DNA from: Solirubrobacteraceae bacterium
Lineage (GTDB): Bacteria > Actinomycetota > Thermoleophilia > Solirubrobacterales > Solirubrobacteraceae
NCBI GenBank assembly: GCA_036501965.1
Contig: DASXZK010000040.1
Span: 15,769 to 79,768, forward strand
Reading direction: 5' to 3'
Length of the DNA: 64,000 bases
Shown piece by piece: positions 33,899-45,688 of this stretch; the first letter of the stretch is position 1; each line of letters starts with the position of its first letter. The translations under genes were made by a program, and so were the position numbers. A model generated the notes under the pieces. It was not told the DNA's origin and did not search any database. It saw nothing but the letters and a program-made list of their open reading frames with translations.

Positions 33899-34797
33899 GC
33901 GACCTTCAGTCATCGGACCTGCGGTCGCTGTGGCGTGCGACCGCGATGCCCGGAGTGGGATGGCTGCTGCTGTTCGTGATCGTTCCCGCCTACGCGGTGC
34001 TCGCGATCGCATTTGGGCGCGTCAACTACCTGTTCCAGCCGGTGCCGTTCTGGAACCCGCTGCACTGGAACCCCGGCTACGTCTCGCAGGCTGTGTCGGG
34101 TTCGCTGCCGGGCGGCGAGTACTGGCCCTCGATCCGTAACACGCTCGTCTACGTCTCGGTCTCGTTGATGCTCTGCATGCTCATCGGCTACCCGGTCGCG
34201 TACTACGTCGCGCGCCACGCCGGGCGCACGAAGTCGCTGCTGATCGTGCTCCTCGTGATCCCGTTCTGGGTGAGCTACCTGCTGCGGATGCTGGCCTGGA
34301 TCGGGCTGCTCTCGCCCGTCGGCTGGGTCAACGGGATCCTGCACGCACTCGGGATCCACAATCCGCCCGACTGGCTGGACGGCAACCCGTACTCGGTGAT
34401 TCTCGCGCTCACCTACGGATATATCCCGTACTTCATCCTGCCCGTGTTCGCCGGGCTGGACCGCATCGACCGCCGCCAGATCGAGGCTGCGCGGGATCTC
34501 GGGGCGACGCCGTGGCGCGCGTTCCTGCACGTCACGCTGCCGCTCAGCCGCCCGTCGATCATGGCCGGCTCTGCGCTCGTGGTGCTTCCGATGTTCGGCG
34601 ACTACTACACGAACGACCTGATGTCGGCCTCGCCGAAGACGAGCATGCTCGGAAACGAGATCAACCTGTTCGTCCAGGGCGGCTCGCAGATCGACCTCGG
34701 CGCGGCGCTCGTGCTGGTGCTGATGGCGATCCTCGCCGTCGGGATGAGTTACTACATCGTCCAGTCCGCACGCGACGCCAGGGCGCTGAACGCATGA
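33895..34797 (+). CDS. potB: Polyamine ABC transporter permease
   Basis: GYPVAY, IPFWVSYLLR, IEAARDLGA. Confidence 0.88.
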   Translation: MSDLQSSDLRSLWRATAMPGVGWLLLFVIVPAYAVLAIAFGRVNYLFQPVPFWNPLHWNPGYVSQAVSGSLPGGEYWPSIRNTLVYVSVSLMLCMLIGYPVAYYVARHAGRTKSLLIVLLVIPFWVSYLLRMLAWIGLLSPVGWVNGILHALGIHNPPDWLDGNPYSVILALTYGYIPYFILPVFAGLDRIDRRQIEAARDLGATPWRAFLHVTLPLSRPSIMAGSALVVLPMFGDYYTNDLMSASPKTSMLGNEINLFVQGGSQIDLGAALVLVLMAILAVGMSYYIVQSARDARALNA

Positions 34798-35768
34798 CCG
34801 TCACCGACTACCAGCCCAGCCCCGCCGCGCTGCCGCCGAGCGCGAAGCAGTCCTCGCGCCGCCGCCCCGGCCTGCTCGGCTGGCTGCGCAATCCGTGGGG
34901 CCAGCCGCGGTTCCTCGTCGGCGTCACCTGGCTGTACCTCGCCTGGGCGCTCGTTCCGGTGGCGATCGCGATCCTGTTCTCGTTCAACAACGGCAAGTCA
35001 CGCTCGGTGTGGCAGGGCTTCTCGATCCGCTGGTGGTGGGGGAGTCCGACGCAGTCGGTGTTCCATGACCCCTCCTACACCTCGGCGCTCGTGCACAGCC
35101 TGCTGCTCGCCGGGCTCGACATGGCGATCGCGACGCCGCTCGGCGTGCTGCTGGCGCTGGGGCTGGCCCGCTGGCGTGGCCGCGGATCGGGGGCGGCCAA
35201 CTCGCTGATGCTGATCCCGCTCGTCACCCCGGAGATCGTGATGGCGGTGTCACTGTTCGTGGTCTTCACCCAGCTGTCGATCGTGCCGTTCGCGCTGATC
35301 AAGCTCGGCACGACCGCCCAGGTCGTCGGACAGGTGACGTTCTCGCTGTCCTACGTGGTGGTGATCATCCGCAGCCGGCTGGCGTCAATCGGCACCCAGT
35401 ACGAGGACGCCGCACGCGATCTGGGGGCTTCGCCGATTCAGGCGGTGCGGCTCGTGCTGGTGCCGCTGCTGATGCCCGCGATCCTGTCGAGCACGCTGAT
35501 CGTCTTCGCGCTGTCGATCGACGACTTCGTGGTCACCCAATACATGTCGTCGAACTCGTCGACGACGACGATCCCGATGTACCTGTATTCCAATGCGCGC
35601 GGCGGCACGAGCACGCCGGCGCTCAACGCGCTGGCCACGATCCTCGTTGCGGTGACCCTGATCGGGATCGTTCTGGCATATCTGCTCTACACGGTGCTCG
35701 GCAAGCGCACCGCGACGACCGAGGGAGGTCTCATGGCACTCACGGAGATCTCGGGAATGGAGTCCTGA
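34794..35768 (+). CDS. potC: Polyamine ABC transporter permease
   Basis: FSFN, PLVTPEIV, EDAARDLGA, FALSIDDFVVT. Confidence 0.88.
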   Translation: MTVTDYQPSPAALPPSAKQSSRRRPGLLGWLRNPWGQPRFLVGVTWLYLAWALVPVAIAILFSFNNGKSRSVWQGFSIRWWWGSPTQSVFHDPSYTSALVHSLLLAGLDMAIATPLGVLLALGLARWRGRGSGAANSLMLIPLVTPEIVMAVSLFVVFTQLSIVPFALIKLGTTAQVVGQVTFSLSYVVVIIRSRLASIGTQYEDAARDLGASPIQAVRLVLVPLLMPAILSSTLIVFALSIDDFVVTQYMSSNSSTTTIPMYLYSNARGGTSTPALNALATILVAVTLIGIVLAYLLYTVLGKRTATTEGGLMALTEISGMES

Positions 35769-36892
35769 TGGCAGGCGAGGTCGAGCTCCGCGGGCTGCGC
35801 AAGCACTTCGGCGAGGCGATTGCGGTCGACGGGATCGCCGCCACGATCCGGGCCGGCGAGTTCTTCTCGCTGCTCGGGCCGTCCGGCTGCGGCAAGACGA
35901 CGACGCTGCGGATGATCGGTGGGTTCGAGCGACCGACTTCCGGCGAGATCCTGCTCGACGGCGTCGATGTCGCCCAGACGCCCCCGCACAAGCGCAACGT
36001 GCACACCGTGTTCCAGAGCTACGCGCTGTTCCCTCACCTGTCGGTGACCGACAACGTCGGCTTCGGCCTGCGCCGGCGGCGGACATCGAAGGCGGAGATC
36101 AAGCGCCTGGTCAAGGAGGCGCTCGAGCTGGTCGAGCTCGGCGGCTACGGCGAGCGTCGCCCCGCGCAGCTCTCCGGCGGCCAGCAGCAGCGGGTGGCGC
36201 TCGCGCGGGCGCTCGTGCTCCGTCCCGCGCTGCTGCTGCTCGATGAGCCGCTCGGGGCGCTCGACGCGAAGATCCGGCGGCAGTTGCGGATCGAGCTCAA
36301 GGCGCTGCAGGAGGAGGTCGGGATCACGTTCGTGTTCGTCACCCACGACCAGGAGGAGGCGCTCTCGATGAGCGACCGGGTCGCGGTGATGTCGGGCGGT
36401 CGGATCGAGCAGATCGGCACTCCTTCCGAGGTCTACGAGGATCCCGCGACGGTGTTCGTGGCTGACTTCCTGGGGGTCTCGAACCTGATGGAGGCGCAGG
36501 CCGAGCGCGTGGACGGAGGCTGCACGGTCACGGTCGGCGACTTCCCGTTGCGCGCGGGCTGCGGCGATCTGGAGGCCAGCGGCCCCGTCAGGGTCGTCGC
36601 CCGGCCCGAGCGGATCGAGCTGCTCTCCACCGAGTCCGGTGCCGAGCGCGGCAACTGCCTGCCGGGGATGGTCGAGCGGACGGTCTATCTGGGGACGAGC
36701 CTGCAGGTGATGGTGCGCCTGGCGACGGGGGTCCAGCTGCAGGTCTCGATCACGAATACTGGCGACACCGGCGCGTACGCGCAGGGCACTCCGGTGGCCG
36801 TGCATATTCCGATCGACGCGCTGCGCGTGCTCGCCGACCGGCGCCCGAGCCCGGAGGAGGAAGAGGTCGCCGAAGCGGCGACGGCTGCCTGA
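35768..36892 (+). CDS. potA: Polyamine ABC transporter ATPase
   Basis: GPSGCGKTT, VFQSYALFPH, LSGGQQQR, VTHDQEEA; C-terminal TOBE-like region. Confidence 0.92.
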   Translation: MAGEVELRGLRKHFGEAIAVDGIAATIRAGEFFSLLGPSGCGKTTTLRMIGGFERPTSGEILLDGVDVAQTPPHKRNVHTVFQSYALFPHLSVTDNVGFGLRRRRTSKAEIKRLVKEALELVELGGYGERRPAQLSGGQQQRVALARALVLRPALLLLDEPLGALDAKIRRQLRIELKALQEEVGITFVFVTHDQEEALSMSDRVAVMSGGRIEQIGTPSEVYEDPATVFVADFLGVSNLMEAQAERVDGGCTVTVGDFPLRAGCGDLEASGPVRVVARPERIELLSTESGAERGNCLPGMVERTVYLGTSLQVMVRLATGVQLQVSITNTGDTGAYAQGTPVAVHIPIDALRVLADRRPSPEEEEVAEAATAA

Positions 36893-36960
36893 GCACGCGC
36901 CGCATTGCTCCGCCGCGGCGTAGCCTGGGCGGCGAGGACGGCTATCGAGGAGGCGGGTGG

Positions 36961-37608
36961 ATGGGCGGGTACGCGATCGCGCGGATGCAGGACATCGAGG
37001 AGATGAACGACGGCCGCTGCCCGTATCGGCCGGTCCGCCACCACCTCGGGATCACGACGTTCGGGGCGACGACCTGGACCGGTCGGGCCGCGGGGGACCG
37101 GATCGTCAACGAGCACGACGAAAACGAGCCGGGGAGCGGCGACGAGCTCTATCTCGTGCTGTCGGGCGTGGCCCGGTTCGAGCTCGACGGCGAATCGGTG
37201 ACGGCGGACACCGGCACCTTCGTCCGCGTCGAGCCGGGGGTCAACCGCACCGCGTTCGCCGAGGAGGCGGGCACGACGATCCTCGCGGTGGGCGGGGCGC
37301 CGCGGGGCGAGGTCTATGAGGCTGAGGGGTGGGAGGTGATCGCACCACTGGTCCCGCTGTTCGAGGCAGGTCAGGCCGACGAGGCGATCGTGCGGCTCAC
37401 CGCGCTGCTCGACAGCGAGCCGCGGTACGCGGCGGTGTACTACTGCCTGGCGTGCGCGGAGAGCCTCACCGGGGCGTCGGCCGATGCACTCGAGCACCTG
37501 CGGGCGGCGGTGGAGATGAATCCGCCGTTTGCCGAGTACGCGCGCGGTGACGATGATTTCGCTGCGCTGCGTGAGCTCCCGGAGTTCGTGGAGATCACGA
37601 GCCGCTGA
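36961..37608 (+). CDS. Cupin domain plus TPR-like protein
   Basis: EHDE...ELYLVLSG cupin; YYCLACAESL...A...LRAAV...ARGDDDF helical repeat. Confidence 0.75.
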   Translation: MGGYAIARMQDIEEMNDGRCPYRPVRHHLGITTFGATTWTGRAAGDRIVNEHDENEPGSGDELYLVLSGVARFELDGESVTADTGTFVRVEPGVNRTAFAEEAGTTILAVGGAPRGEVYEAEGWEVIAPLVPLFEAGQADEAIVRLTALLDSEPRYAAVYYCLACAESLTGASADALEHLRAAVEMNPPFAEYARGDDDFAALRELPEFVEITSR

Positions 37609-37611
37609 GGG

Positions 37612-37663
37612 CGCCGGCGGCGTTCACCCGCCGGCGGGTCGCCGCCCCGGGGAGGGGCGGCGA
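37612..37663. terminator. Two GC hairpins between convergent genes
   Basis: CGCCGGCGG-loop-CCGCCGGCG and TCGCCGCCCC-loop-GGGGCGGCGA. Confidence 0.5.
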
Positions 37664-37696
37664 TGGGGCAGCGTCAGGCTGCCGGGCGTCTGAGGC

Positions 37697-37870
37697 TCAG
37701 ACGCAGAAGTGGCAGTCGCTGCCGCCGGCGGCAACCTCGCGGGCGCGAGCGGCGAAGTGCTCGTCGCGGATCCGGGGGTCGCTCATCGCACGGTCGTGCT
37801 CACGGCGGTCACGGCCGCGCTCGACTGACAGCCGCACGCGCTCGCTGAGGGTGTGGGTGATGGTCTTCAT
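37697..37870 (-). CDS. Small hypothetical protein (57 aa) ending in CHFCV
   Basis: AGGAG RBS before ATG at 37870. Confidence 0.5.
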   Translation of the reverse strand: MKTITHTLSERVRLSVERGRDRREHDRAMSDPRIRDEHFAARAREVAAGGSDCHFCV

Positions 37871-38133
37871 CTGTCCGGGTCTCCTGACTTGGACTGAGGA
37901 CAAGGCGGGTTCGGTCTGAGCTACGCCTTGCATGCTAGTTGCTCCTCAGGTGTGTTCCTGTGATTCCAAGCACACTTTCGGCGAAAATCGAGAAAACTCG
38001 AGAGACCGGGTTCAGGAGTGAGGTATCGGGACGGTTTGAGGGCCTCGAACGACGCAAAACCTGCAAGCGCTCGGGCTCCGGGGCCCACGCGGGTCGCCGA
38101 GCCGCGTGGGCTGTCACGGCGGCGGGGGTGCCG

Positions 38134-38508
38134 CTACGTCGACCCCGTGTCGCCTCTCCACAAGAGCGCTCGCCTCCGCGCCTTGGGGAGACGGCTCACG
38201 ATCAGGTCGTAGGAGTCCTCCACCAGGTCGTGGACCATCGACTCGGGCAGCGAGCCGTCGAGCGTCACGGTGTTCCAGTGGCGTTTGTTGAGGTGGTAGC
38301 CCGGGATGATCGCGCCGTGGGCCTCACGCAGCTGTTCGGCGAGCGCCGGGTCGCACTTGAGGCTCACGCGCAGCGGCTCGCCGGCCAGCCGGGAGAGGGC
38401 GAAGATCTTGCCTGCGACCTTGAACACCGAGTTCTCGGGTCCGAACGGGAAGGTCTCCTCCGAGCCGGGGAACGACAGGCAGAGATCGCGCAGGTCCTCG
38501 CTGTGCAC
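38134..38508 (-). CDS. MmcQ/YjbR family DNA-binding protein
   Basis: FPFGPE..VFKVAGKIFA, LKCDP, PGYHLNKRHWNTV. Confidence 0.93.
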   Translation of the reverse strand: MHSEDLRDLCLSFPGSEETFPFGPENSVFKVAGKIFALSRLAGEPLRVSLKCDPALAEQLREAHGAIIPGYHLNKRHWNTVTLDGSLPESMVHDLVEDSYDLIVSRLPKARRRALLWRGDTGST

Positions 38509-38537
38509 GCGCGCTCAGCCTGTCGTCCCGGCCACGG

Positions 38538-41500
38538 TCAGCTGCCTCCGACGGTCACGCCCTGGAGCTCGACCGCCCCCTGCGTCGGGTCGAGTTCGGT
38601 CGACTGGGAGACACCGCTCGGAGTGATCGTGTCCATCACCTTGGGCACCGTTGAGGCGGGGACCGAGCAGATCGGCTCGGTGCCGTCGGCTGGGCAGACG
38701 CCGAAGGTGAAGGCACCGGCAGTCTGGGTGAACGCCCGCGCCTGATCGGAGCTGAAGCCGTCCTGGCCGGTCAGCGCGAGCGTGAACGTCCAGCCGGGAC
38801 CCACGTTCCCGAACACCGAGCGCGGGACGGCGAGCGTCGCCGTGCCCGTCCCCGCGTCGACGACGAACTGCGGCGTGCCGAGCGAGTCGCCGTTCGCGTC
38901 CTGCCACACCGGCGAGGCGAATCCCTGAGCCTCGAGGTACTCGCTCCACGCATTGTCGGATGCGATCGTGTAGTTGCGGCTCGGGTAGGCAGCGGCGGTC
39001 GAGGTCGACGCAGCGGACGGGTCATGGACGTAGACATCGAGGAGCTGGGCACCGAAGTTCGACCCGAACGTCGCCATGAGGTTGCTGATCTGGGTGGTCA
39101 GATAGACAGTGCTTGAGGTCTCGCTGACGGTGAAGCCGAGCAGGTCGAACGCCCCGGCGAGGAAGTCGCTCGCGGTCGGGTACTGGTAGGTGCCCGGTCC
39201 GTCGTCGTCGCCAGACGGGTCGGAGACGCTGAACACCGTCGTCCCGGGGACGTTCGCACTCTCGACGTTCAGCTGCGTGTAGCCGGTCGAGTCGCCCTGG
39301 GTTGCCGTGACGGTGATCGTCGTCGTCCCGAACGCGACCGGGATCTTCAACGACCACGCGCCCGAGACCGTCGAGGCCGTTGTGGCGGCGATCGGGACCT
39401 TCCCCCCGGACGGGCCGGACGCCTCGACGACGACTCTCGCGCCCGGGCTGGTCGTGCCGGTGAGCTTCACTTGCGAGGTGTTGACGAGCGTGCCTGAGCT
39501 CGGTGAGGTGACGTTCACCGGCAGAGAACCGGGCATCCCGTTGTCCACGTAGCGCTCGAGGTCGATCTCCGGGGTCTCCACATCCTGGCCGGCCCCGACC
39601 GACAGGGCCAGCCGGGCGTACTGCGCCTGCGCCCAGGTGAGCGGGCTGGCCGAGCCGGCCGGCTCGCCGTCGGTGAAGCCGATGGAGGCGGTGGTCGGAT
39701 CGCTGCCGTAGGGCGAGGCGGCCAGGTCGGGGTCCTCCCACACCTGCTCCGGTTCCAGGCCCACCCCGGAGGTCATGTTGCCCATCGTGGTGAGCAGCGT
39801 CTGGGCAGAGCTGTCGTCGCCAGCCGCGATGTCGTACTCGCCATGCTCGCCGTCGAGCACCGGCCACAGGTGACCCGTGCCCGTGTCGGTCGTGGGCCAA
39901 GGCTCCCCGACCGTCGTGCAGCTCGTCTGGCTGGGCTGATAGCAGTCGCCGTAGCCGTCCGCCGAGCCATCGGCGGCTGAGGTGCCATACCGGTAGTAGC
40001 CGACGCCGCTCGGGGTGTTCACCGAGATCTGGTTGTCGACCACGCCGACCGAGGCCTCGATGTCGGGATCGGTCGCCCGCAGGATCCCGAGCCGCACCAG
40101 CTCGAGGAAGCCCGCATCGATGACCTGGCGCTGATCTACAGTCGGCCCGCCGTTGCCGAGCGAATAGGTGATGGCTGCGTTCGGGTCCCCCGTCTTCGAC
40201 AGGCGGATGAAGTACGCCGGTGCATCAGGCCCGGTCGTCGTCACCGTCCATGTCTTGATGTTCCGCGCAAAGTCGTCGGCCGTCGCCTGGTAGATCTTCG
40301 ACCGCTTCGTGTCGCCGTTGACAGTGGCGATGTGAGCCGCGGCGGTGAGCCCGGCGATCTCGGCGGCGATCGTCGACGGCGAGTAGCCGGACTGCTCCTC
40401 CCAGCGCTCGGACCCGTCCGACGGTCCGTTGGCGACAAGGAAGTCGGCGGCGCGGATCACGTGGTTCTCGTACAGCCCGCGGTTCGATGCCAGCCCGGAC
40501 TGCCAGTCGAGCAAGATCGGATAGGAGACCTCGTCGAGCTGCAGACCGCCGGTGTCCGGCGCCGCCTTGCCGTTCATGAGTGAGTTACGTGGCATCGCCC
40601 CGCTCGGGAGCTGCTGGCGGTCGAACAGGAATGTCGTGGCTGCCTGCGCGGTCGCGGTGTCACCCGCGACGAGCAGCGTGCTCGCGGCCTCGTAGAGGTC
40701 GCGCGAGAAGATCTCTCGGTAGGAGCCGAAGTAGGTCGGCTTGCCGTTGGTGTCGTTGCCCGCCGGCACCGCCTGCCCCCACGGTGAGGCGAGCCCCGCG
40801 GCGATCGCGCCCGGATAGGTCTTGTCCTCGCTCGCCTTGACCACGTTGAGCGACAGCCAGTACTCGCGGGCCTGGGCCGCGCTGAGCGACGAGGGCGGCG
40901 ACTTCAGCCCGCTGTCGTAGTACTGCCAGGCGGCCTCATCCTGTCCTAGCTCCCTGGCGAACGACTGCTGCACCGACGCATGAGCGGTCGTCAGAGCCGC
41001 TTTCTCCGTCTTGCCGAAGCCGAGCGCGACAGTCACCGGCGTGCCCGAGGCCACCTTGAGCTCGGCGGTGAGCGCGACGTGGCCGTCTGGTGCGGAGTCG
41101 TAGGCGGTGAGCGCGTGGTCTGAGTCGAGCATCGTCAACCCGTCGCTGGCGGTCCCGGCGTAGCCGACGCTCGCCGCGCTGAACCCTGTCGAGGCCTCCA
41201 GTGCCTCGTAGGTCGGCACCGCATAGCTGCGGTTCACGGCGTTGGTCTTCGTGTTCGTGTTGAACGCGACGGGGATCGGGCCGCTCACGCCCTTGGCGGT
41301 GGCGAGCACCGCGGAGTTGGCGCCCGCGTTCTGCGTTCCCCCGCCGCCGGTACCGCCGGCGAGCGGGTCCAGGCGCAGGTACAGGTGGTCGCCCGCCGGA
41401 GCGGCGAAGCCGACCTGCATGAGCACGGAGTTCTGGGTGGGGTCCGCGACGTAGGTCGTGGTGATCGTGTAGCCATGGGACGCGTCCGTGGCGGTCACCG

Positions 41501-41876
41501 TGCAGGACATGCCCGTCGAATCGTCGGCGACCGAGTAGGTCATGTCGCGCTGCTGCAGGTCGGTGAACGTCGAACCGTCGGAGACGAGGTACTGGAGCGT
41601 GTGAACGTTGGTGGCGTCGACCGTCGGCCAGTAGGTATCCGACAGGGCGCCGTCGGCGACGGTGAACCAGACCTTCGAGGTGGTGTTGCGGGCGGTCCCG
41701 ACGCAGTCCTTGCGCGCGAGGTCGAAATAGCTCAGCGAGCCCGGCGCATCCGGCGCCACCACGGCGGTGCGAGCGAGCGCACCGGTCCCGGCGAACGCGG
41801 GGGCGACTGCACCCAGGGCGAGCGTCCCAATGGTCCCCAAGACAGCGGCCACACCAGCCGGCGCACGACGTCCCAT
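38538..41876 (-). CDS. Secreted glucodextranase/glucoamylase (GH15) with C-terminal DOMON-like domain
   Basis: Signal peptide; SKVWFT, RDLYE, QLDE, ERWEE, WPVLDGEHGEY, SASPLTWAQA; C-terminal DPSGDDDGPGTYQYP. Confidence 0.92.
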   Translation of the reverse strand: MGRRAPAGVAAVLGTIGTLALGAVAPAFAGTGALARTAVVAPDAPGSLSYFDLARKDCVGTARNTTSKVWFTVADGALSDTYWPTVDATNVHTLQYLVSDGSTFTDLQQRDMTYSVADDSTGMSCTVTATDASHGYTITTTYVADPTQNSVLMQVGFAAPAGDHLYLRLDPLAGGTGGGGTQNAGANSAVLATAKGVSGPIPVAFNTNTKTNAVNRSYAVPTYEALEASTGFSAASVGYAGTASDGLTMLDSDHALTAYDSAPDGHVALTAELKVASGTPVTVALGFGKTEKAALTTAHASVQQSFARELGQDEAAWQYYDSGLKSPPSSLSAAQAREYWLSLNVVKASEDKTYPGAIAAGLASPWGQAVPAGNDTNGKPTYFGSYREIFSRDLYEAASTLLVAGDTATAQAATTFLFDRQQLPSGAMPRNSLMNGKAAPDTGGLQLDEVSYPILLDWQSGLASNRGLYENHVIRAADFLVANGPSDGSERWEEQSGYSPSTIAAEIAGLTAAAHIATVNGDTKRSKIYQATADDFARNIKTWTVTTTGPDAPAYFIRLSKTGDPNAAITYSLGNGGPTVDQRQVIDAGFLELVRLGILRATDPDIEASVGVVDNQISVNTPSGVGYYRYGTSAADGSADGYGDCYQPSQTSCTTVGEPWPTTDTGTGHLWPVLDGEHGEYDIAAGDDSSAQTLLTTMGNMTSGVGLEPEQVWEDPDLAASPYGSDPTTASIGFTDGEPAGSASPLTWAQAQYARLALSVGAGQDVETPEIDLERYVDNGMPGSLPVNVTSPSSGTLVNTSQVKLTGTTSPGARVVVEASGPSGGKVPIAATTASTVSGAWSLKIPVAFGTTTITVTATQGDSTGYTQLNVESANVPGTTVFSVSDPSGDDDGPGTYQYPTASDFLAGAFDLLGFTVSETSSTVYLTTQISNLMATFGSNFGAQLLDVYVHDPSAASTSTAAAYPSRNYTIASDNAWSEYLEAQGFASPVWQDANGDSLGTPQFVVDAGTGTATLAVPRSVFGNVGPGWTFTLALTGQDGFSSDQARAFTQTAGAFTFGVCPADGTEPICSVPASTVPKVMDTITPSGVSQSTELDPTQGAVELQGVTVGGS

Positions 41877-41913
41877 CCCCGACACCTCCCGGTTGCCCGC
41901 CGCTCCCACAGGC

Positions 41914-41950
41914 GGCGGTTGCGGGGAGCATACGCCCCCCCGCAACCGCC
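41914..41950. terminator. Intergenic hairpin between the S53 peptidase and GH15 genes
   Basis: GGCGGTTGCGGGG...CCCCGCAACCGCC. Confidence 0.5.
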
Positions 41951-41968
41951 ACTGCGAGCCCGTGGCCG

Positions 41969-43612
41969 TCACTTGATCAGCGACTCTGCCTGTCCCACAT
42001 CAAAGCTGCCGATACCAGTCGCCAGGTCGTACCCCGGGGTCGCCGGATAGGGGCCGTTGTCGCCGAGCGTCACGTCGTGGAAGGCGGCCGAGCCGTTCAG
42101 CGCGTAGAGCTGCGGCGAGGCGAACGGGAGCTTGTTCGCGTGCCCTGACTCCATGCGATCCCACACGCCGAGCGAGAGCGGAGACGCCAAGCTCGTGCCT
42201 CCGACGGTCTCCGGGGTGCCGTCGACGTAGACGTTCGCCCCCGAGTTGGGGTCGGCGTCCATCGAGACGTCCGGCAGCGTGCGCAGTCCCGCCGCCGATC
42301 CGATCGCGCCGATCACGCCGTCGCCGGCCTGCCACGCGGGCGCGGACTCGAAGTAGCTCGGCCCGCCACCGCCGGCCAGCCAGGCGGCCTCCTCGTCATA
42401 GCTGCCGTCGGAGCCCGAGAGCAGCGTCGTGCCGCCGACCGCCACCACGTACGGCGACGCGGCCGGGTACTCGACGTCCGGAATGCCCGCCGGCACGCCG
42501 TTGGTCGGGGCGACGGTGCAGAACCCGCCGGTGTCCCCGGCGGAGGCGAACACCGTCTGACCCTGGGCCGCGGCCTCGGCGAACGACTCGTCGTCGGCGA
42601 CCATCGAGCCGTCGAGGTAGGCGAGCGCCTCGCACTCTCCGAACGACGCGCTTCCCGCCTTGGCCTGGTCCTGGCCGGCGAAGTCCGCAAAGCCGAGCGC
42701 CAGGTCGGAGTCGCTCATCGAGGTCGCGTCATAGAGGCGCAGGTTCTTGACGGTCTGCGCCATGCCCGTCGAATATTGCGTGTCGAGGTCCCACTCGTCC
42801 GCGCCGCTCGTATCAGTGCTCGCGGGCCGGGTCCGATCGATCGCGACCGGCACCTTGGGCATCTGGTTCGCCGTCTCCTCGGTGCGCAGGTCCTTGACCA
42901 CCTGGGTGAGATCACCCTCGGCGAAGATCGCCTCGGTCGTCTTGGCGCCGGTCGGGGCACCGGTTGCGTCATAGGCGATCTGGAAGCCCTTGGGGTTGTA
43001 GTCGCAGAGGTAGCCGACGCCCTGCAGCGTGCATGACGACGCAGGGTTGCTCGCCGCGGCGGGGTGCAGCGCGGCACGCGACATCGAGAAGACATCGTTG
43101 AGGCCCAGCACGGCCGCCACCGAGGAGCCCAGGTCTGTCGGGACCTGGGCGGGGGTGACGTTGGCGAAGCCGCCCGCCGATCCGGCGGTCACGTCCTCGA
43201 TCTGGGTGTTGAAAGCGGCCTCGACCGCCGAGGCCGGACCGGTCGCGGTCACGATCAGGCCGCTCGGAGAGGTCGCGGTCGGGGCCAGGCCCTCGCTCGT
43301 CAGATATGACTTGACCGCGCGGATCTTGGTCGCGGTCGGTCCGAACCGCTGCTTGAACGCGGCGACCGACATCGTCTTGCCGGCGGCGATGTCCTGGCCC
43401 AGAGTCGAGGTGTTGCGCAGGCCCATTGCGACCTCCACGCGCATCGGGGTCGCCGCCGAGAGCGCGCTGCCATCGGTGATGCCCGTTCCGGAGATTGCGC
43501 GCGTCGCCGTCGCGGCCCAGCTGCCGGTCGCCGCCTGGGCGGTTCCGGCGGCCACGCCCGTTGCGGCGAGGCAGGCAAGCGCGGTGGCGCCTGCGGTTGC
43601 ACGTCGTCCCAT
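41969..43612 (-). CDS. Secreted S53 (sedolisin/kumamolisin) peptidase with prodomain
   Basis: EWDLD, SFGECE, SAGDTG, PAASPYVVAVGGT, GGTSLASP, GYDLATGIGS. Confidence 0.93.
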   Translation of the reverse strand: MGRRATAGATALACLAATGVAAGTAQAATGSWAATATRAISGTGITDGSALSAATPMRVEVAMGLRNTSTLGQDIAAGKTMSVAAFKQRFGPTATKIRAVKSYLTSEGLAPTATSPSGLIVTATGPASAVEAAFNTQIEDVTAGSAGGFANVTPAQVPTDLGSSVAAVLGLNDVFSMSRAALHPAAASNPASSCTLQGVGYLCDYNPKGFQIAYDATGAPTGAKTTEAIFAEGDLTQVVKDLRTEETANQMPKVPVAIDRTRPASTDTSGADEWDLDTQYSTGMAQTVKNLRLYDATSMSDSDLALGFADFAGQDQAKAGSASFGECEALAYLDGSMVADDESFAEAAAQGQTVFASAGDTGGFCTVAPTNGVPAGIPDVEYPAASPYVVAVGGTTLLSGSDGSYDEEAAWLAGGGGPSYFESAPAWQAGDGVIGAIGSAAGLRTLPDVSMDADPNSGANVYVDGTPETVGGTSLASPLSLGVWDRMESGHANKLPFASPQLYALNGSAAFHDVTLGDNGPYPATPGYDLATGIGSFDVGQAESLIK

Positions 43613-43756
43613 CTCACCTCGATTCGATCGACAACCCCGCCCCACGGCGGGCCTCTCACACACCGTCAGGCGGTCTATTACCGATCGAGCGGACTATCAA
43701 ACACTCCCGCGTGTCTGTTTCTCACAGGCCCGGATCCGCTACATCTCTGGGCTGCC

Positions 43757-45562
<1,806 letters not shown>

Positions 45563-45688
45563 GCGGTTCACAGGACGGAAACGAGCTACCCGAAGAATTC
45601 GGGAAGTCTGAGGCCCAGACGGTCACCAGCACGTTCGGCTCCGACGTCTTCACCAAGGCTCCGCACTGAGCGGGCAGAGGGAGGTCAG

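Noticed and set aside
37915..37935. tRNA-like GGCGTAGCTCAG on the minus strand
   Set aside because: No T-arm (GTTCGA) or acceptor stem pairing found
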